A DNA stretch of 64,000 nucleotides from an uncultured Planctomycetota bacterium (GCA_963719315.1 CAVRBU010000009.1:34011-98010); one strand, 5' to 3'. Counted from the first letter of the stretch, positions 9,474-20,074 are shown. Made by a program: numbers and translations. Notes: generated by a model not told the origin, from the sequence alone.

Positions 9474-10458
9474 CTAGTGGTTTGCCTTTCGCGATTTCTT
9501 TCGACCACGGCCCATTTGCTGATCTTCGGGTTCTGCTTCGTTCCAAAATCGGTGGCCGGTGAAGTGGATGAAAACATCTTCGAGCGTCGGTTTGCCGAGC
9601 GTGATGGATTCCGTACGATCGGGAAACGCCTCGACGAGGCGCGGGATCCACTGGTGGCCGTTCGGCTGTTCGAGCCTCACGGAACTATCGATGACCATCG
9701 CCGACACGTTGAACCGCTGCTGAATTTCGCCGGCAAGCCCCGCGGCATCCTTGCTGCGAATTGTAATTGCATCGCCTCCGACCGCCGCTTGCAGCGCGCT
9801 AGGCGTATCGAGCGCCGCAAGCTGCCCTTTGTGCATGATCGCAATGCGGTCGGCCCGCTGAGCTTCATCCAATAGATGCGTGGTGACGACAACTGTTACT
9901 CCGTCGTTATCTCGCACTTGCTCCAAGTATTGCCACAGATCGCTGCGCGCCCGGATCGAGGCCAGTCGAGGGCTCATCCAAGAGCAGAAGCCGCGGGCGA
10001 TGCAACATTCCAGTCGCTAACTCGACCCGACGCCGTAGTCCGCCCGAAAGTTTTTCAACGAGCTCCGGTCGGCGATCGGCAAGGCCGAGTCGGGCCAGCA
10101 TCTCATTCGCCCGCGCGTGCAGATCGCGACCACCCAATCCGTAAAGCCGGCCGTGGTGGATCACGTTTTCGAGGACGGTGAGCTTTTTGTCGAGGCTCGG
10201 AGATTGGAAGACGACGCCCAGTTGCGCGGATGGCGGCCGCCTCGCGCCGCAGGTCGCGCCGAAAATGCGCACTTCCCCCTGCTGAATTGGAATCAGCGTG
10301 GAGAGCACGCGGAAGAGCGTCGTCTTGCCGCTGCCATTGGGGCCGAGGACCGCGAAGATTTCGCGCTCGGCAATGCTCAACGATAAATCGCGGATCGCTT
10401 CATGCTCGCCGTACCGGTGGGCAAGATGTTCAATTTCGACGGCAGACAAGTGGGACAT
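9474..10458 (-). CDS. ABC transporter ATP-binding protein, split by frameshift(s) near 9955 and probably near 10235-10255 (likely sequencing errors)
   Basis: GPNGSGKTT, LSGG and LLLDEPSTGLD lie in ORF 9907-10458. The TTHLLDEA H-loop and PTLEDVF tail lie in ORF 9474-9977. Confidence 0.88.
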
Positions 10459-10470
10459 ATTATTCGGTTG

Positions 10471-10935
10471 CTATGGAGCTTCATCATGCGAGAGGTCCTT
10501 CTCTGCGGCTTTCAAATCCGAAGCCTCGACTGCCGGCCGATTGGCGGCGTACAGCCAGCGCTGCTCCGAATAGCGGGCATATCCGTTGTTAATGCGCCAG
10601 CCGATATCGGGCACGAGCATGAACATCAAAAACACCGACATAAACGTGGCCGGTATCGTAAGCACCCATTTCCAATTGGCTTCCCACAGCAGATGCATGA
10701 AAAACATGATCACGAGCATGGCCTTGGTGCAAGAAATGGCCATCATCAGCGCCCGGCTAGCTTGGAACGGAACATGGTGCCGCCAAAAAGGAAAATAGGT
10801 CAAAAAGGAACCAGTCGTCAGTATGCATAACGCGGCGAACACGACCAGATACTTACCGTTGCCGCCGTGATTAGCGAGCGCGTGGCTAACGTCAGCATGC
10901 GATTCGTGATCGTGCGAATGACTGTTATCCGTCAT
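10471..10935 (-). CDS. ctaF: Cytochrome c oxidase subunit IV family protein
   Basis: His-rich N-terminus, KYLVVFAAL, KAMLVIMFFMHL motif; operon position. Confidence 0.85.
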   Translation of the reverse strand: MTDNSHSHDHESHADVSHALANHGGNGKYLVVFAALCILTTGSFLTYFPFWRHHVPFQASRALMMAISCTKAMLVIMFFMHLLWEANWKWVLTIPATFMSVFLMFMLVPDIGWRINNGYARYSEQRWLYAANRPAVEASDLKAAEKDLSHDEAP

Positions 10936-11034
10936 ATCTTTTGCTCCGGCGCAATTGTGCGGGTCCGGTGCCCGCTCTCCGTCGTATGAGGAGAATTCGA
11001 CCGCAACGGTCTACGGACAACAGACGACTGACGA

Positions 11035-12048
11035 TTAAAACAAATACAGCAAGGGAAACAGGAAAATCCACACCAAATCAACGAAGTGCCAATACAGGCC
11101 GATGTTTTCCACCAGGTTGGCCTTCCGGCGATCGAGTGTGATAAACATCATCAGCCCGAACACGATCAGGCCGATCAGCACGTGCAATGCATGAAACCCC
11201 GTCAACAGGAAATATGTGCTGGCCCACATCGGCCCACCGGGGATCATGATCGGCAGTCGCAACCAGGAGTGCTTTTCGTTCAAACCTTCATGCTCGCCGC
11301 TCTCTCCCCCCGCGTGTTCGCCAGCGGCGGGTTGCTCGAAAGCAGCATATTTCACGACAACGGCCGGCGGAATGGCGCCGGCTTCAGCGGCCTGTATCAC
11401 CGTGCCCTGATCGTGCGGCGGATTGATAAGGTATGCCAACTCCGTCAGCTTGATAATACCGTCCGGCGAATCGGGCTGATTGCGGATCGTCGTCTCGGCA
11501 TCGTCGACCATCCGAGTGATGCTGTCGATGACTTGAATTCTTGCCTTGTCTTCTTCCGTAAGTTCGGGATGAGACGTTGTGATACCCGTCTTCAAATCGT
11601 TCAGCCGTTTTCGCACGGCGGCGGCATAATGTACATCCGCTTTGTCGAACACCAGCCCATGATACCGCTGCGGATAAATGCCGTGCGCATACTTTTGCGA
11701 ATACTCATACAGCTTTACGCCCAAAAACACGCTACCGAGCAGAAACGTGAGCAAAACATAACCCTTGGCTTTCGACGTTTGATTGAGCTTCGCCGCTTCA
11801 AACGCGAGCACGACTGTCACGCTGGAACAAATCAACACGAACGTATTGAACGCGCCGATCGGCTCGCTCAAATGCACATCGTGCGGCGCCGGCCAGGCAA
11901 CTGCGCCGAACCGGAGTACGATGTACGTGCCGATCAGCCCGGCGAAAAACATGATTTCCGTCGATAGAAATAGCCACAAGCACGTCTTGCCGTTGGGAAT
12001 CGGCAAGGCGGGTTGATAGGATAATTTTGGTGGGGGGGAGTGGCTCAT
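11035..12048 (-). CDS. ctaE: Heme-copper oxidase subunit III with a large soluble insertion
   Basis: [28 protein letters not shown] and [15 protein letters not shown] motifs. Confidence 0.93.
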   Translation of the reverse strand: MSHSPPPKLSYQPALPIPNGKTCLWLFLSTEIMFFAGLIGTYIVLRFGAVAWPAPHDVHLSEPIGAFNTFVLICSSVTVVLAFEAAKLNQTSKAKGYVLLTFLLGSVFLGVKLYEYSQKYAHGIYPQRYHGLVFDKADVHYAAAVRKRLNDLKTGITTSHPELTEEDKARIQVIDSITRMVDDAETTIRNQPDSPDGIIKLTELAYLINPPHDQGTVIQAAEAGAIPPAVVVKYAAFEQPAAGEHAGGESGEHEGLNEKHSWLRLPIMIPGGPMWASTYFLLTGFHALHVLIGLIVFGLMMFITLDRRKANLVENIGLYWHFVDLVWIFLFPLLYLF

Positions 12049-12086
12049 TTTTGTTGGTCAATTGTCCGTTGTCTGTTGTGTTTGGT

Positions 12087-13010
12087 TCACACGGCTACCA
12101 TCAGCAGCAGGCCCATCCAGCAAATCAAATACACCAAACTGGCGCGCAGCAAGCGGCGAGCGGAGCGATCGTCGCGATAAAGCAAGAACAAAACCGCGGC
12201 CGCAATCTGCACCGCCCCTAACACGAGCGCCCAACTGCAATAAATGACTGGGCTCCCTGCTTGCGGCGACATCGCCAGCAGCAGGCTTACCGGCACCAAG
12301 GCAAGCGCGCCCACGACTGCCTGCGCGCCTGCCCGCAAGCCGGTCGGATCGACGACCGTCAGCATTCGCTGGCCCGCGCGGGCGTATTCTTTTCGATATA
12401 GCCATGCAATAGCCATGAAATGCGGGAACTGCCAGAGGAACATCACTCCCACAAGCGCAAGGGCACGCGCGTCGATCGGCGCACCGGTAGCCGTCCAGCC
12501 GATAAGAACCGGCAGCGCTCCGCTCACGGCGCCGACCGCCGTGTTAAGCGGCGAGCGGGTTTTTAGCGGCGTGTAAGCGAGCACGTAAACCAGCCACGTC
12601 GCCAGGCCTACAGACGCGGTTAACAGGCCGACGCTGAACACAAGTTCGACTACGCCCAGCATTAATGTCGCAGTGCCAAATACAATCACCTGCCGCGGAG
12701 TAAGCCGGCCGGAGGGGAGTGGCCGGGCGGAAGTCCGCTTCATCAGCGCGTTGGCCGATTGTTCCCACCACTGATTGAACGCGCCGGCGCTAGCGGCGAC
12801 GAGCGCGGCGCCAATCACCGTATGCAGCAAGACGGCTGTCGGAATGCCCCACGGTGTTGCCAGACGCGCAGCGACCACGACCGTCACTAGCTCGAGCACG
12901 ACGATTCGAGGCTTAGTGAGCTCGATATAGTCGCCGACTTGCGCGAGCCAACTGGCACGAGTGCGGGCATCCGCCAGCGAAACGCCGGCCGTGGAGGTGA
13001 CGCGACTCAT
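12087..13010 (-). CDS. ctaB: Protoheme IX farnesyltransferase (heme O synthase)
   Basis: LTKPRI, MKRTSARPLPSG, YTPLK, WQFPHF; start MSRVTS has an ATGA overlap with ctaA. Confidence 0.95.
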   Translation of the reverse strand: MSRVTSTAGVSLADARTRASWLAQVGDYIELTKPRIVVLELVTVVVAARLATPWGIPTAVLLHTVIGAALVAASAGAFNQWWEQSANALMKRTSARPLPSGRLTPRQVIVFGTATLMLGVVELVFSVGLLTASVGLATWLVYVLAYTPLKTRSPLNTAVGAVSGALPVLIGWTATGAPIDARALALVGVMFLWQFPHFMAIAWLYRKEYARAGQRMLTVVDPTGLRAGAQAVVGALALVPVSLLLAMSPQAGSPVIYCSWALVLGAVQIAAAVLFLLYRDDRSARRLLRASLVYLICWMGLLLMVAV

Positions 13011-14023
13011 ACGGCGGCCTCCAAATCTCGGCGAACGATTTGCCTTGTCGCAGTCGAGTCCGCAAGTAACCGCTGCGAGTAAAGGGCCAAGGCCACGGCA
13101 GTCGCCAGGACGAGCGAGCCGATCGCCACGTGCGCCGTGATGATGTGTGTTTGCAGCCAGCCGCCTTCTTGCACTGCGACAAATTGTGTCGAAATCCAAC
13201 CGGCGGCCCATGCGGGCACCGCAAATTTCACGATCCACGTACCGGCACCGAGAACCAATTGAAGGCATATAAGGCAGGCGAGCGTACTTGCCAAGACGCC
13301 CAGCGGATGGATATTGCGAGTACGAAATATCACAAGCCCTACAAGCAGCGCGATATGGATGGTCAACACGACCGCGAGGAACAAGTGAGCCTTTACGGCG
13401 AGCATGAATGTCTGAGGTTGCGCATCCACTGGGACATGGCGGAGTACAGCTCCTAGCAAAATCTGCAAATAGGCTAGTACGGCCGTCACTACGGCCAAGC
13501 GGCGGATATTGCCGACTGATGGAACGCTGAGCGGTATCACACCGCCTATCCACGAGCGTGAAGTAAACACAACCAGCGCGACGGACAATGCGAAAAAAAG
13601 CGGGCCGGTGCACCCGTGGAGCATGGCCAGCGTGCGCTCATCGAATCGCACGCGCATGCCGCCGAGTACTCCCTGAAAGATCACCAAACCAAGGGCCGCG
13701 AAACCCAGGCCCTTGATCCAACGCCTTTCTTCCGTTCGCAACAGCGTAATCAGCAATCCGATCGTGAGCATGCCCACCGAAGCGGCGAGCAGCCGATGCC
13801 CGTGCTCAATGAACAAGTCCCAAGGACCCAGCAACCACGTTTGCCACGGATAGAGGAACAGATTGTAGCCATACGTTGTGGGCCAATCGGGCACGGCCAT
13901 GCCGGCGTCGGTCGTCGTCACGAGGCCGCCGACCCACACGAGCGGAAACGTCGCGCACGCCAACGCAACGGCCCAACGATGGGGCCAGCGCGAATATTCG
14001 GAATTCAATTTTGCAATTTGCAT
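13007..14023 (-). CDS. ctaA: Heme A synthase (COX15/CtaA)
   Basis: GGLVTTTDAGMAVPDWP, EHGHRL and conserved His residues in TM helices. Confidence 0.93.
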   Translation of the reverse strand: MQIAKLNSEYSRWPHRWAVALACATFPLVWVGGLVTTTDAGMAVPDWPTTYGYNLFLYPWQTWLLGPWDLFIEHGHRLLAASVGMLTIGLLITLLRTEERRWIKGLGFAALGLVIFQGVLGGMRVRFDERTLAMLHGCTGPLFFALSVALVVFTSRSWIGGVIPLSVPSVGNIRRLAVVTAVLAYLQILLGAVLRHVPVDAQPQTFMLAVKAHLFLAVVLTIHIALLVGLVIFRTRNIHPLGVLASTLACLICLQLVLGAGTWIVKFAVPAWAAGWISTQFVAVQEGGWLQTHIITAHVAIGSLVLATAVALALYSQRLLADSTATRQIVRRDLEAAV

Positions 14024-14048
14024 GGTTCAATTTGCAACTTGCATTTTC

Positions 14049-15820
14049 CTAATGTGATGGCGGAGTCGGCGGTCGGTTCTGCGGCGGCGGCATGGTTTGC
14101 GGGTAGTAATCGATATCAACTTCCGGCGAACCGTACTCATACGGGCCGCGGTAAATTACGGGTTGAAAGTCAAAATTGCCGTGGCCCGGCGGACTCGGGG
14201 CTTGCCATTCCAGCGTGTTCGAGTGCCACGGATTCCGGCCTGCAGGCGGGCCGAAGAAAATGCTGTAGAAAAAATTGATGATGAAGATGGTCTGTGAAGC
14301 AACCATCAAGATCGCGCACCAGGTAATGAATTGGTTGAGCGGCAGCAAGTGCCGGAACGTCTCGTAGTGGTAGGGGTCGGCTAGCCGTCGCGGGAAGCCA
14401 ACCCAGCCCAAAATGTGCATCGGGAAGAACACGCAATTGAGGAAGACAAATGTCAGGAAGAAGTGAACCTTGCCCCAGCCGTCGTTCATCGTGCGGCCGA
14501 ACATCTTTGGGAACCAGAAATAGATCGCACCGAAAACCGCCATCGCCGTGCCCGCGAAGAGCACGTAGTGAAAATGGGCCACAATGAAATACGTATCGTG
14601 AATGAAAATATCAACCGGAGTGGCGGCCATGAAGATGCCCGATAGGCCGCCGATGATGAACATCGACACGAACGACAACGCGAACAGCATCGGCGTGGTG
14701 AATTGAATCTTCGCGCCCAGATCGTACCCAGCCAGTTGAAAACCTTGATTGCGCTGGGCAGGGCGATGAACATCGTGGCCACCATGAACGTCATGCCGAG
14801 CACCGGACTCATGCCGGAGACGAACATGTGGTGCCCCCATACGATAAAGCCGAGCCCCGCGATGCCGGCGATGGAGTACACCATCGGCTTGTAGCCGAAC
14901 AGCGGCTTGCGGGCGAAGCAGGCGATGATATCGGAGACCATCCCCATCGCCGGCAGAATCATGATGTACACGGCCGGATGGCTATAAAACCAGAACAAGT
15001 GCTGCCACAACAGGGGATGGCCGCCGCCCGCCGAGAGAGGCGCGTTGTTCGCGCTCCAGCCTTCCGGAATGAAGAACCCGGTCCCGAGCGTGAGATCGGC
15101 CAGTTGCATGAAACCGGCCGCCGTGAGCACGGGAAGCGCGAAGGCCTGCAGGATGGCCGTGATGAACATGGCCCAAATCGTCATCGGCAGACGGAACATC
15201 GTCATGCCGGGGGCCCGCATCTGGATAATTGTCGTCAGGTAATTGACCGATCCCATCATCGACGACACGCCGACGCAGGTTAGCCCAATGAGCCAAAAAA
15301 TTTGAGCGGTGATCGTCAGCGAAAGGGGCGGATACGACGTCCACCCCGAGCCGGGGCCGGTGCCAATGAAAAAGCTCGTGCCGAACGCTAGGAACGCCGG
15401 CCACATGAACCAATAGCTAAGCATGTTCAGCGTGGGGAAGGCCATGTCGTCGGCCCCGATCATCAGCGGAATCAAGAAATTTCCGAACGCGCCGGCGAGA
15501 ATCGGGATGATCACCAAGAAGATCATCACCGTGGCGTGCATCGTGAACAGCATCGTATACGTTTCGGGCGCGATCTGCCCGCCCTGTGCCGAGAACAGCA
15601 GCTTGCCGAGAATCGGCATGTCCGACCATGGATACGCAAGCTGCCAGCGCACACCAAGGGCCAGCAAACCACCGATGAAAAACCACAACAGCGTACTGAA
15701 CAGGAATTGGATTCCAATGATCTTGTGGTCGCGCGAGAACACATACGTCGACAGGAAGCTGCCGACGTGGGCGTGTTCAGCGTGCGAATGGACGTGCGCG
15801 TCTGCGGGGATGGAGGCCAT
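14049..15820 (-). CDS. ctaD: Heme-copper oxidase subunit I, A2 type; one-base frameshift near 14716 (likely sequencing error)
   Basis: DHKIIG, MHATVM, GWTSYPPL, WFYSHPAVY and WGHHM in the first frame; HDTYFIVAHFHY and PRR in the second. Adding one G restores TIW-GAKIQF. Confidence 0.95.
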
Positions 15821-15873
15821 GACGGAGAGGGGTCAGAGGTCAGAGGTCAGAATCATACTCGGTATGATAGTCG

Positions 15874-16650
15874 TTAGTGTGGAAGCGCCTGGGCTATTCG
15901 ATGGGCGTTCTGTTCGGCGGCCTTTTCGACGAGCCAGGCGTCGAAATCGCTACGCGGCTCGAACGTGGCCCGGCCACTCATTTTGTAATGGCCCCAACCG
16001 CACAACTCAGCGCATACGATATCCACGACCGCTTTCGGCTCGCGGCATTCGAACCACATGTACTGCTGCATCCCGGGCACCACGTCCTGCTTCATCCGAA
16101 TGTTGGGCAAGAAAAAGCTGTGCAGCACATCGGCACTTTTGATGCTCAGTAGAATCTCTTCGTTCGCGGGGAAGTGGATTTCGCCGTCCACGCGAATAAT
16201 GTCGTCTGGCGTATGCAACTCCCCATCCGGGCCGGGGTAACGAACGTCCCAATTGAATTGGCGGCCCGTGATCTCGGCCGTCACGGGCACATCGGGCTTC
16301 CGCATCTTGGCATCGGCCCACGCATTCATCTGGTAGATAGCAATGAACAGCAGCGTTACCGCGGGCAAGATCGTCCACACGACTTCGAGCGTATGGCTAC
16401 CGTGCGAAAACTTGACCGGTTCAGGATTCGACCGTGCATTATACTTCCACATGAAGTAAAACAATGCTACCTCGGTGGCGATGAAAATGACCCCCGTCAG
16501 CCACAAAATGAAATAGAACAAACGATCGATCACCCGGCCGTGCTCGGAAATATCCTGCGGAAACGAGAGGTGGAAGTACGGCGCGAGCACGAACGTGAGC
16601 ACGCCGAAAATCGGCACCATCAAAAATAACAAAGCCCAAAAATGCTTCAC
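15874..16650 (-). CDS. ctaC: Cytochrome c oxidase subunit II (CuA)
   Basis: DVLHSF and CAELCGWGHYKM CuA motif; LEVVWT; GTG start with GGAG SD (alternative start 16662). Confidence 0.95.
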   Translation of the reverse strand: MKHFWALLFLMVPIFGVLTFVLAPYFHLSFPQDISEHGRVIDRLFYFILWLTGVIFIATEVALFYFMWKYNARSNPEPVKFSHGSHTLEVVWTILPAVTLLFIAIYQMNAWADAKMRKPDVPVTAEITGRQFNWDVRYPGPDGELHTPDDIIRVDGEIHFPANEEILLSIKSADVLHSFFLPNIRMKQDVVPGMQQYMWFECREPKAVVDIVCAELCGWGHYKMSGRATFEPRSDFDAWLVEKAAEQNAHRIAQALPH

Positions 16651-16787
16651 GACGAACTCCACGATTGCGGAATGCGGACGACCCTTCGGGCTGTGCCCGA
16701 GGATTGCGGATTACTAGGAACATCAAGCCGCAATTCGAAATCCGAAATCCGAGATTGAATCACGCACATTTCCATCCACATACTCAT

Positions 16788-18113
16788 CTACTCACCCGTG
16801 CTCACCGCCGCTGTGTTGATCGGCCGTTTCTGCGGCATGCTGGCCGGCTCGAACGGCAAGGAGTGAACGTAGTCTACAATCTGCCAAATCTCCTGCTGCG
16901 TCAGCGTGCCCTGGGCGCCTTCGGCCGCCGGACCGCTGGCGGGCATCGGCGTACCGGCGATGCCGGACGAAACTCGCCAGAAAATATCGATTGGCCGCCG
17001 GCCGCCGCGATAAATTCCCTGGCGCAAATTCCGCGGGATCGCATTGCGCGGCGGCAACATCGTGCCCAACAGAGCACTGCGTTCGTTGTATTCCCTCTGC
17101 GCGTCGGTAATCTGCTGCCGGATCTGATTCGCGGCGTCACCCTGCGCTTGCGACAGATCAGCCTTCAACGATGCAATCTGGGCCAGCTTGTCGTTTGTGG
17201 CCTTGATGAATTCGTTGTTCGCTTTGCTCCAATTGTCGTAGTCGTCTTGTTGACCGTCGCCCAATGCTGTTGGCCCGTGACATTTCACGCAGTTTGCCCT
17301 CGTGCCGTAAAACAATTCGCGGCCTGCTTTGGTCGAGTCGTCTATTTGCTTCGGCGTGCGACCATCGGGCGGGATAGCCGCCTCTTCGGGATTGATGACC
17401 TGATCCTTCGCGCCGTTCCACGACTCGACGATCGGGCCGAATAAGTCCTCCATCACTAGCTTGTGCACCGCCAGATCGCCCGCAGGGTCGAACTTGTCAC
17501 CGGGATTTAGCTCATCCGCAACGTAACTCTCGAGAGCCGTTTCCATCTGGCCACGCATACTGAGGTACTGTACGTACTCAACGAGCGCGGAAACTTCATC
17601 CGGAGGCAATAAGGCAAACGACGGCATCGCCGTGCCCGGAATGCCTTCGTGAAGAGTTCGAATTAGATCGTCGCGGGTTGGCTCGGCTGCCGTATACGTG
17701 CTTTTGAACTTGAACACGCCGGGACGATAGTCGCGCGGATAGGGGTTGAGTATGGCCGCCGTCGGTCCTCGACCATCGCCCGAAATCCCGTGGCAATGCA
17801 CGCAGTGGCGGCGATACAAGCCGTGCTTGCCGCCCGCTTTGTCGCTCCACACCGGACCGGCCGCCATCGTAAGCAATTCTTGGTTAAGCCCGGTTTCGGG
17901 CAATGCAACCGGCTCATCCGGCGTGCCGAACATGGCGCCGAGAATATTCGCGATCGACTCCTGATGTTCGGGCAAAATCTGCTTGGCCACCACATTCGGC
18001 ATGTTCAACCGAAACGGCGGCGGCTCCGACTCGCTGCAACCAGCGACTGCCACCGCTGCGACAGCCACGGCCAGCAATATCGAATCACGTTTTGAAAACT
18101 TACACATCATCAT
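16788..18113 (-). CDS. Diheme cytochrome c lipoprotein
   Basis: Lipobox AVAGC; CVHCH and CVKCH; PRDY/PRNL and G(I)PGT.MP distal-Met motifs. Confidence 0.9.
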   Translation of the reverse strand: MMMCKFSKRDSILLAVAVAAVAVAGCSESEPPPFRLNMPNVVAKQILPEHQESIANILGAMFGTPDEPVALPETGLNQELLTMAAGPVWSDKAGGKHGLYRRHCVHCHGISGDGRGPTAAILNPYPRDYRPGVFKFKSTYTAAEPTRDDLIRTLHEGIPGTAMPSFALLPPDEVSALVEYVQYLSMRGQMETALESYVADELNPGDKFDPAGDLAVHKLVMEDLFGPIVESWNGAKDQVINPEEAAIPPDGRTPKQIDDSTKAGRELFYGTRANCVKCHGPTALGDGQQDDYDNWSKANNEFIKATNDKLAQIASLKADLSQAQGDAANQIRQQITDAQREYNERSALLGTMLPPRNAIPRNLRQGIYRGGRRPIDIFWRVSSGIAGTPMPASGPAAEGAQGTLTQQEIWQIVDYVHSLPFEPASMPQKRPINTAAVSTGE

Positions 18114-18322
18114 CGGCGGAAATGAACCACAATGGACACAAAGTTCACGAAGGCGAGCGGCGTTTCGCGACCGAACACTTGATCGCCAATCGTCATTAAC
18201 TATCACTAATACAAAAGGAAACCAACTCAAACAAATTAGCGACTATTAGCGTAGATTAGCGTTCAAATAATCTTCTTCTTACTCTTGGTGACTTTAGTGG
18301 TGAATTGATTTTATGCGTATAC

Positions 18323-19225
18323 CTACAACCTGAAAGCCGTGGGCGGAACGACAACCTTTATTTCTTTCACTTCATCCGGTTTGAGCGTCACGGCCAGGCG
18401 GCCGCGGTTCGACCATTTGAGATCCGGCGCGTCGGCCGTCGTGCCGACCAGGCCTTGGCCAGGGGCGGCGCCACTTTCGTGCCAGACCTGGAACTCGAGC
18501 GGTTCGCCGGCCGGTACGTTCGCGATCTCGAATTTGCCGTCCGCATCCGTAACCGCAAAGTAGCCGTTCTTGCGCGGCAGCATCCAGGCCGTCATCCAGG
18601 GATGGATACTGCATGTCACTTTGTTCGGCTGCTGCGATTCCTTTTGAATCTTGTAAGGAATTGCCCCACCGGCCGGAATCAACTGGTTGAATCCGCTGCC
18701 GAGGATATTCGTGTTATGGCCAGTCGGATCGCTGTTCTTGATATCGAGCGATTGACCCACGGTGAGGCCCACGACGTGCGTCTGAAACACGCAATGCTTC
18801 TGATCAAATTCGACCGGATCGGTCTTGGGTTTGGCCGACTCATGCACCCGCGACGCATCGCGCAGGAAGACAACCACGTTCTTGATCGCCTTCGAGTCGG
18901 GTGCCACGACCAGCGTTTCCTGCCGCGGATCCTGCCCGTTGATCGAACAGATTTCATGCTCCTTGGTCACGTTGTACGGCGGCATTTTCGGCGGATCGCC
19001 GCCATACACGAATTGACCCTTGAGCGTGGCCCAACCGGTACCGGTCGGGGCCGCCGCCTTCTCGCCGCCTTCCGCCTTGCCGGCCAGCAGCACCTCGCGG
19101 ATCGCCTTCACCGAGGTCGCGTTGGCCACGGGACCGAGTTTGGAGCTGCTGTTGCAGCCAACCAGCATCGTGGCGGCAACCGCGATGACGCCTAGAGAGC
19201 GAATTGAGGTGAAATATCGTTTCAT
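18323..19225 (-). CDS. Lipoprotein with carboxypeptidase-regulatory-like and cupredoxin-like domains (putative type-1 Cu)
   Basis: Lipobox LVGC; NSDPTGHN and CSIHPWM; TDADGKFEI..VP.G. Confidence 0.8.
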   Translation of the reverse strand: MKRYFTSIRSLGVIAVAATMLVGCNSSSKLGPVANATSVKAIREVLLAGKAEGGEKAAAPTGTGWATLKGQFVYGGDPPKMPPYNVTKEHEICSINGQDPRQETLVVAPDSKAIKNVVVFLRDASRVHESAKPKTDPVEFDQKHCVFQTHVVGLTVGQSLDIKNSDPTGHNTNILGSGFNQLIPAGGAIPYKIQKESQQPNKVTCSIHPWMTAWMLPRKNGYFAVTDADGKFEIANVPAGEPLEFQVWHESGAAPGQGLVGTTADAPDLKWSNRGRLAVTLKPDEVKEIKVVVPPTAFRL

Positions 19226-19288
19226 CGCTTCTATCAACTGATGTCGAACTACAACCTACGACTAACTGACGGATAATGAACGATGCCC

Positions 19289-20074
19289 TTACGGCTTCAA
19301 CATGTTGGCCGGTACCTTGATATCGCCCAAATCGAGCGTTTTGCCGGCTTCGATCTTAAGTTTGGCCCGACCGCGATTGTCCGTCTTGCCGCCCTTTAAC
19401 GTCACCATCTTCAAATAGCCGGCCGCCTCGTGCCAAAATTGAAACTCGTGTTCGCCGACCGGGATGTCCTTGATCTCGAACGTGCCGTCGTCGCCCGCAA
19501 CCGTCATGTAGGGATGGTCCAGCGACAGAATCCAACCCTTCATGAAGGGATGGATGTTGCAAGCGACCTGGGTCGGGAGCGGACTGGCAACGCTGGCTTT
19601 CACCGGGACTGTCGCGCCTGCTGGAATGACTTGGTTGAAGGAAAAGACTGCCACGTTGGTATTGTGACCGACTGGGTCGGAGTTCTTGATGTCTAACATC
19701 TGGCCGACTCGCACCATCGTAACGTGCGGATGAAATGCACAATTCTTATTATCGAGCTCAACAGGCTTCTTGTACGCCGCTTCGTATTCAGGATTGATTT
19801 CGACCTTCGGTGCACCCGACGCGACTCGCAGATACACAACAGCATTCACCAGCGCGTTATTCTTCCCAACGACGATTTCCTCGTTCACCGGCTTCTTCAT
19901 TTGGCAGAACGGATCCTTAGAGGCGTCGAGCGGCGTCAGCTTGGGCGGCGTGCCTTCGAGAAGGATTCGCCCCTTGAGCGATCCCCACCCCGCCGCCTGG
20001 ACCACGCACGAAACGTGCAACGCCAACCACGAAATCGCGACCACAACCGATGCCTTCATAATGTTCTTCAACAT
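19289..20074 (-). CDS. Secreted paralog of the cupredoxin-like protein (putative type-1 Cu)
   Basis: Sec signal peptide; NSDPVGHN and CNIHPFM; same layout as 18323-19225. Confidence 0.8.
   Translation of the reverse strand: MLKNIMKASVVVAISWLALHVSCVVQAAGWGSLKGRILLEGTPPKLTPLDASKDPFCQMKKPVNEEIVVGKNNALVNAVVYLRVASGAPKVEINPEYEAAYKKPVELDNKNCAFHPHVTMVRVGQMLDIKNSDPVGHNTNVAVFSFNQVIPAGATVPVKASVASPLPTQVACNIHPFMKGWILSLDHPYMTVAGDDGTFEIKDIPVGEHEFQFWHEAAGYLKMVTLKGGKTDNRGRAKLKIEAGKTLDLGDIKVPANMLKP

Noticed and set aside
7407..13613. Long N-terminal extensions given by the ORF track for DUF420, SCO, permease and CtaB (likewise cyt b to 27481)
   Set aside because: They overlap upstream genes in other frames. 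Downstream starts, several with stop/start overlaps, fit the families.
14700..14730. Frameshifts in ctaD (also in the ABC ATPase, octaheme cytochrome, FtsX permease and primase) as programmed recoding or pseudogenisation
   Set aside because: They are isolated indels, some in short homopolymers, with all motifs intact on both sides and no slippery heptamer. Sequencing error is more likely.
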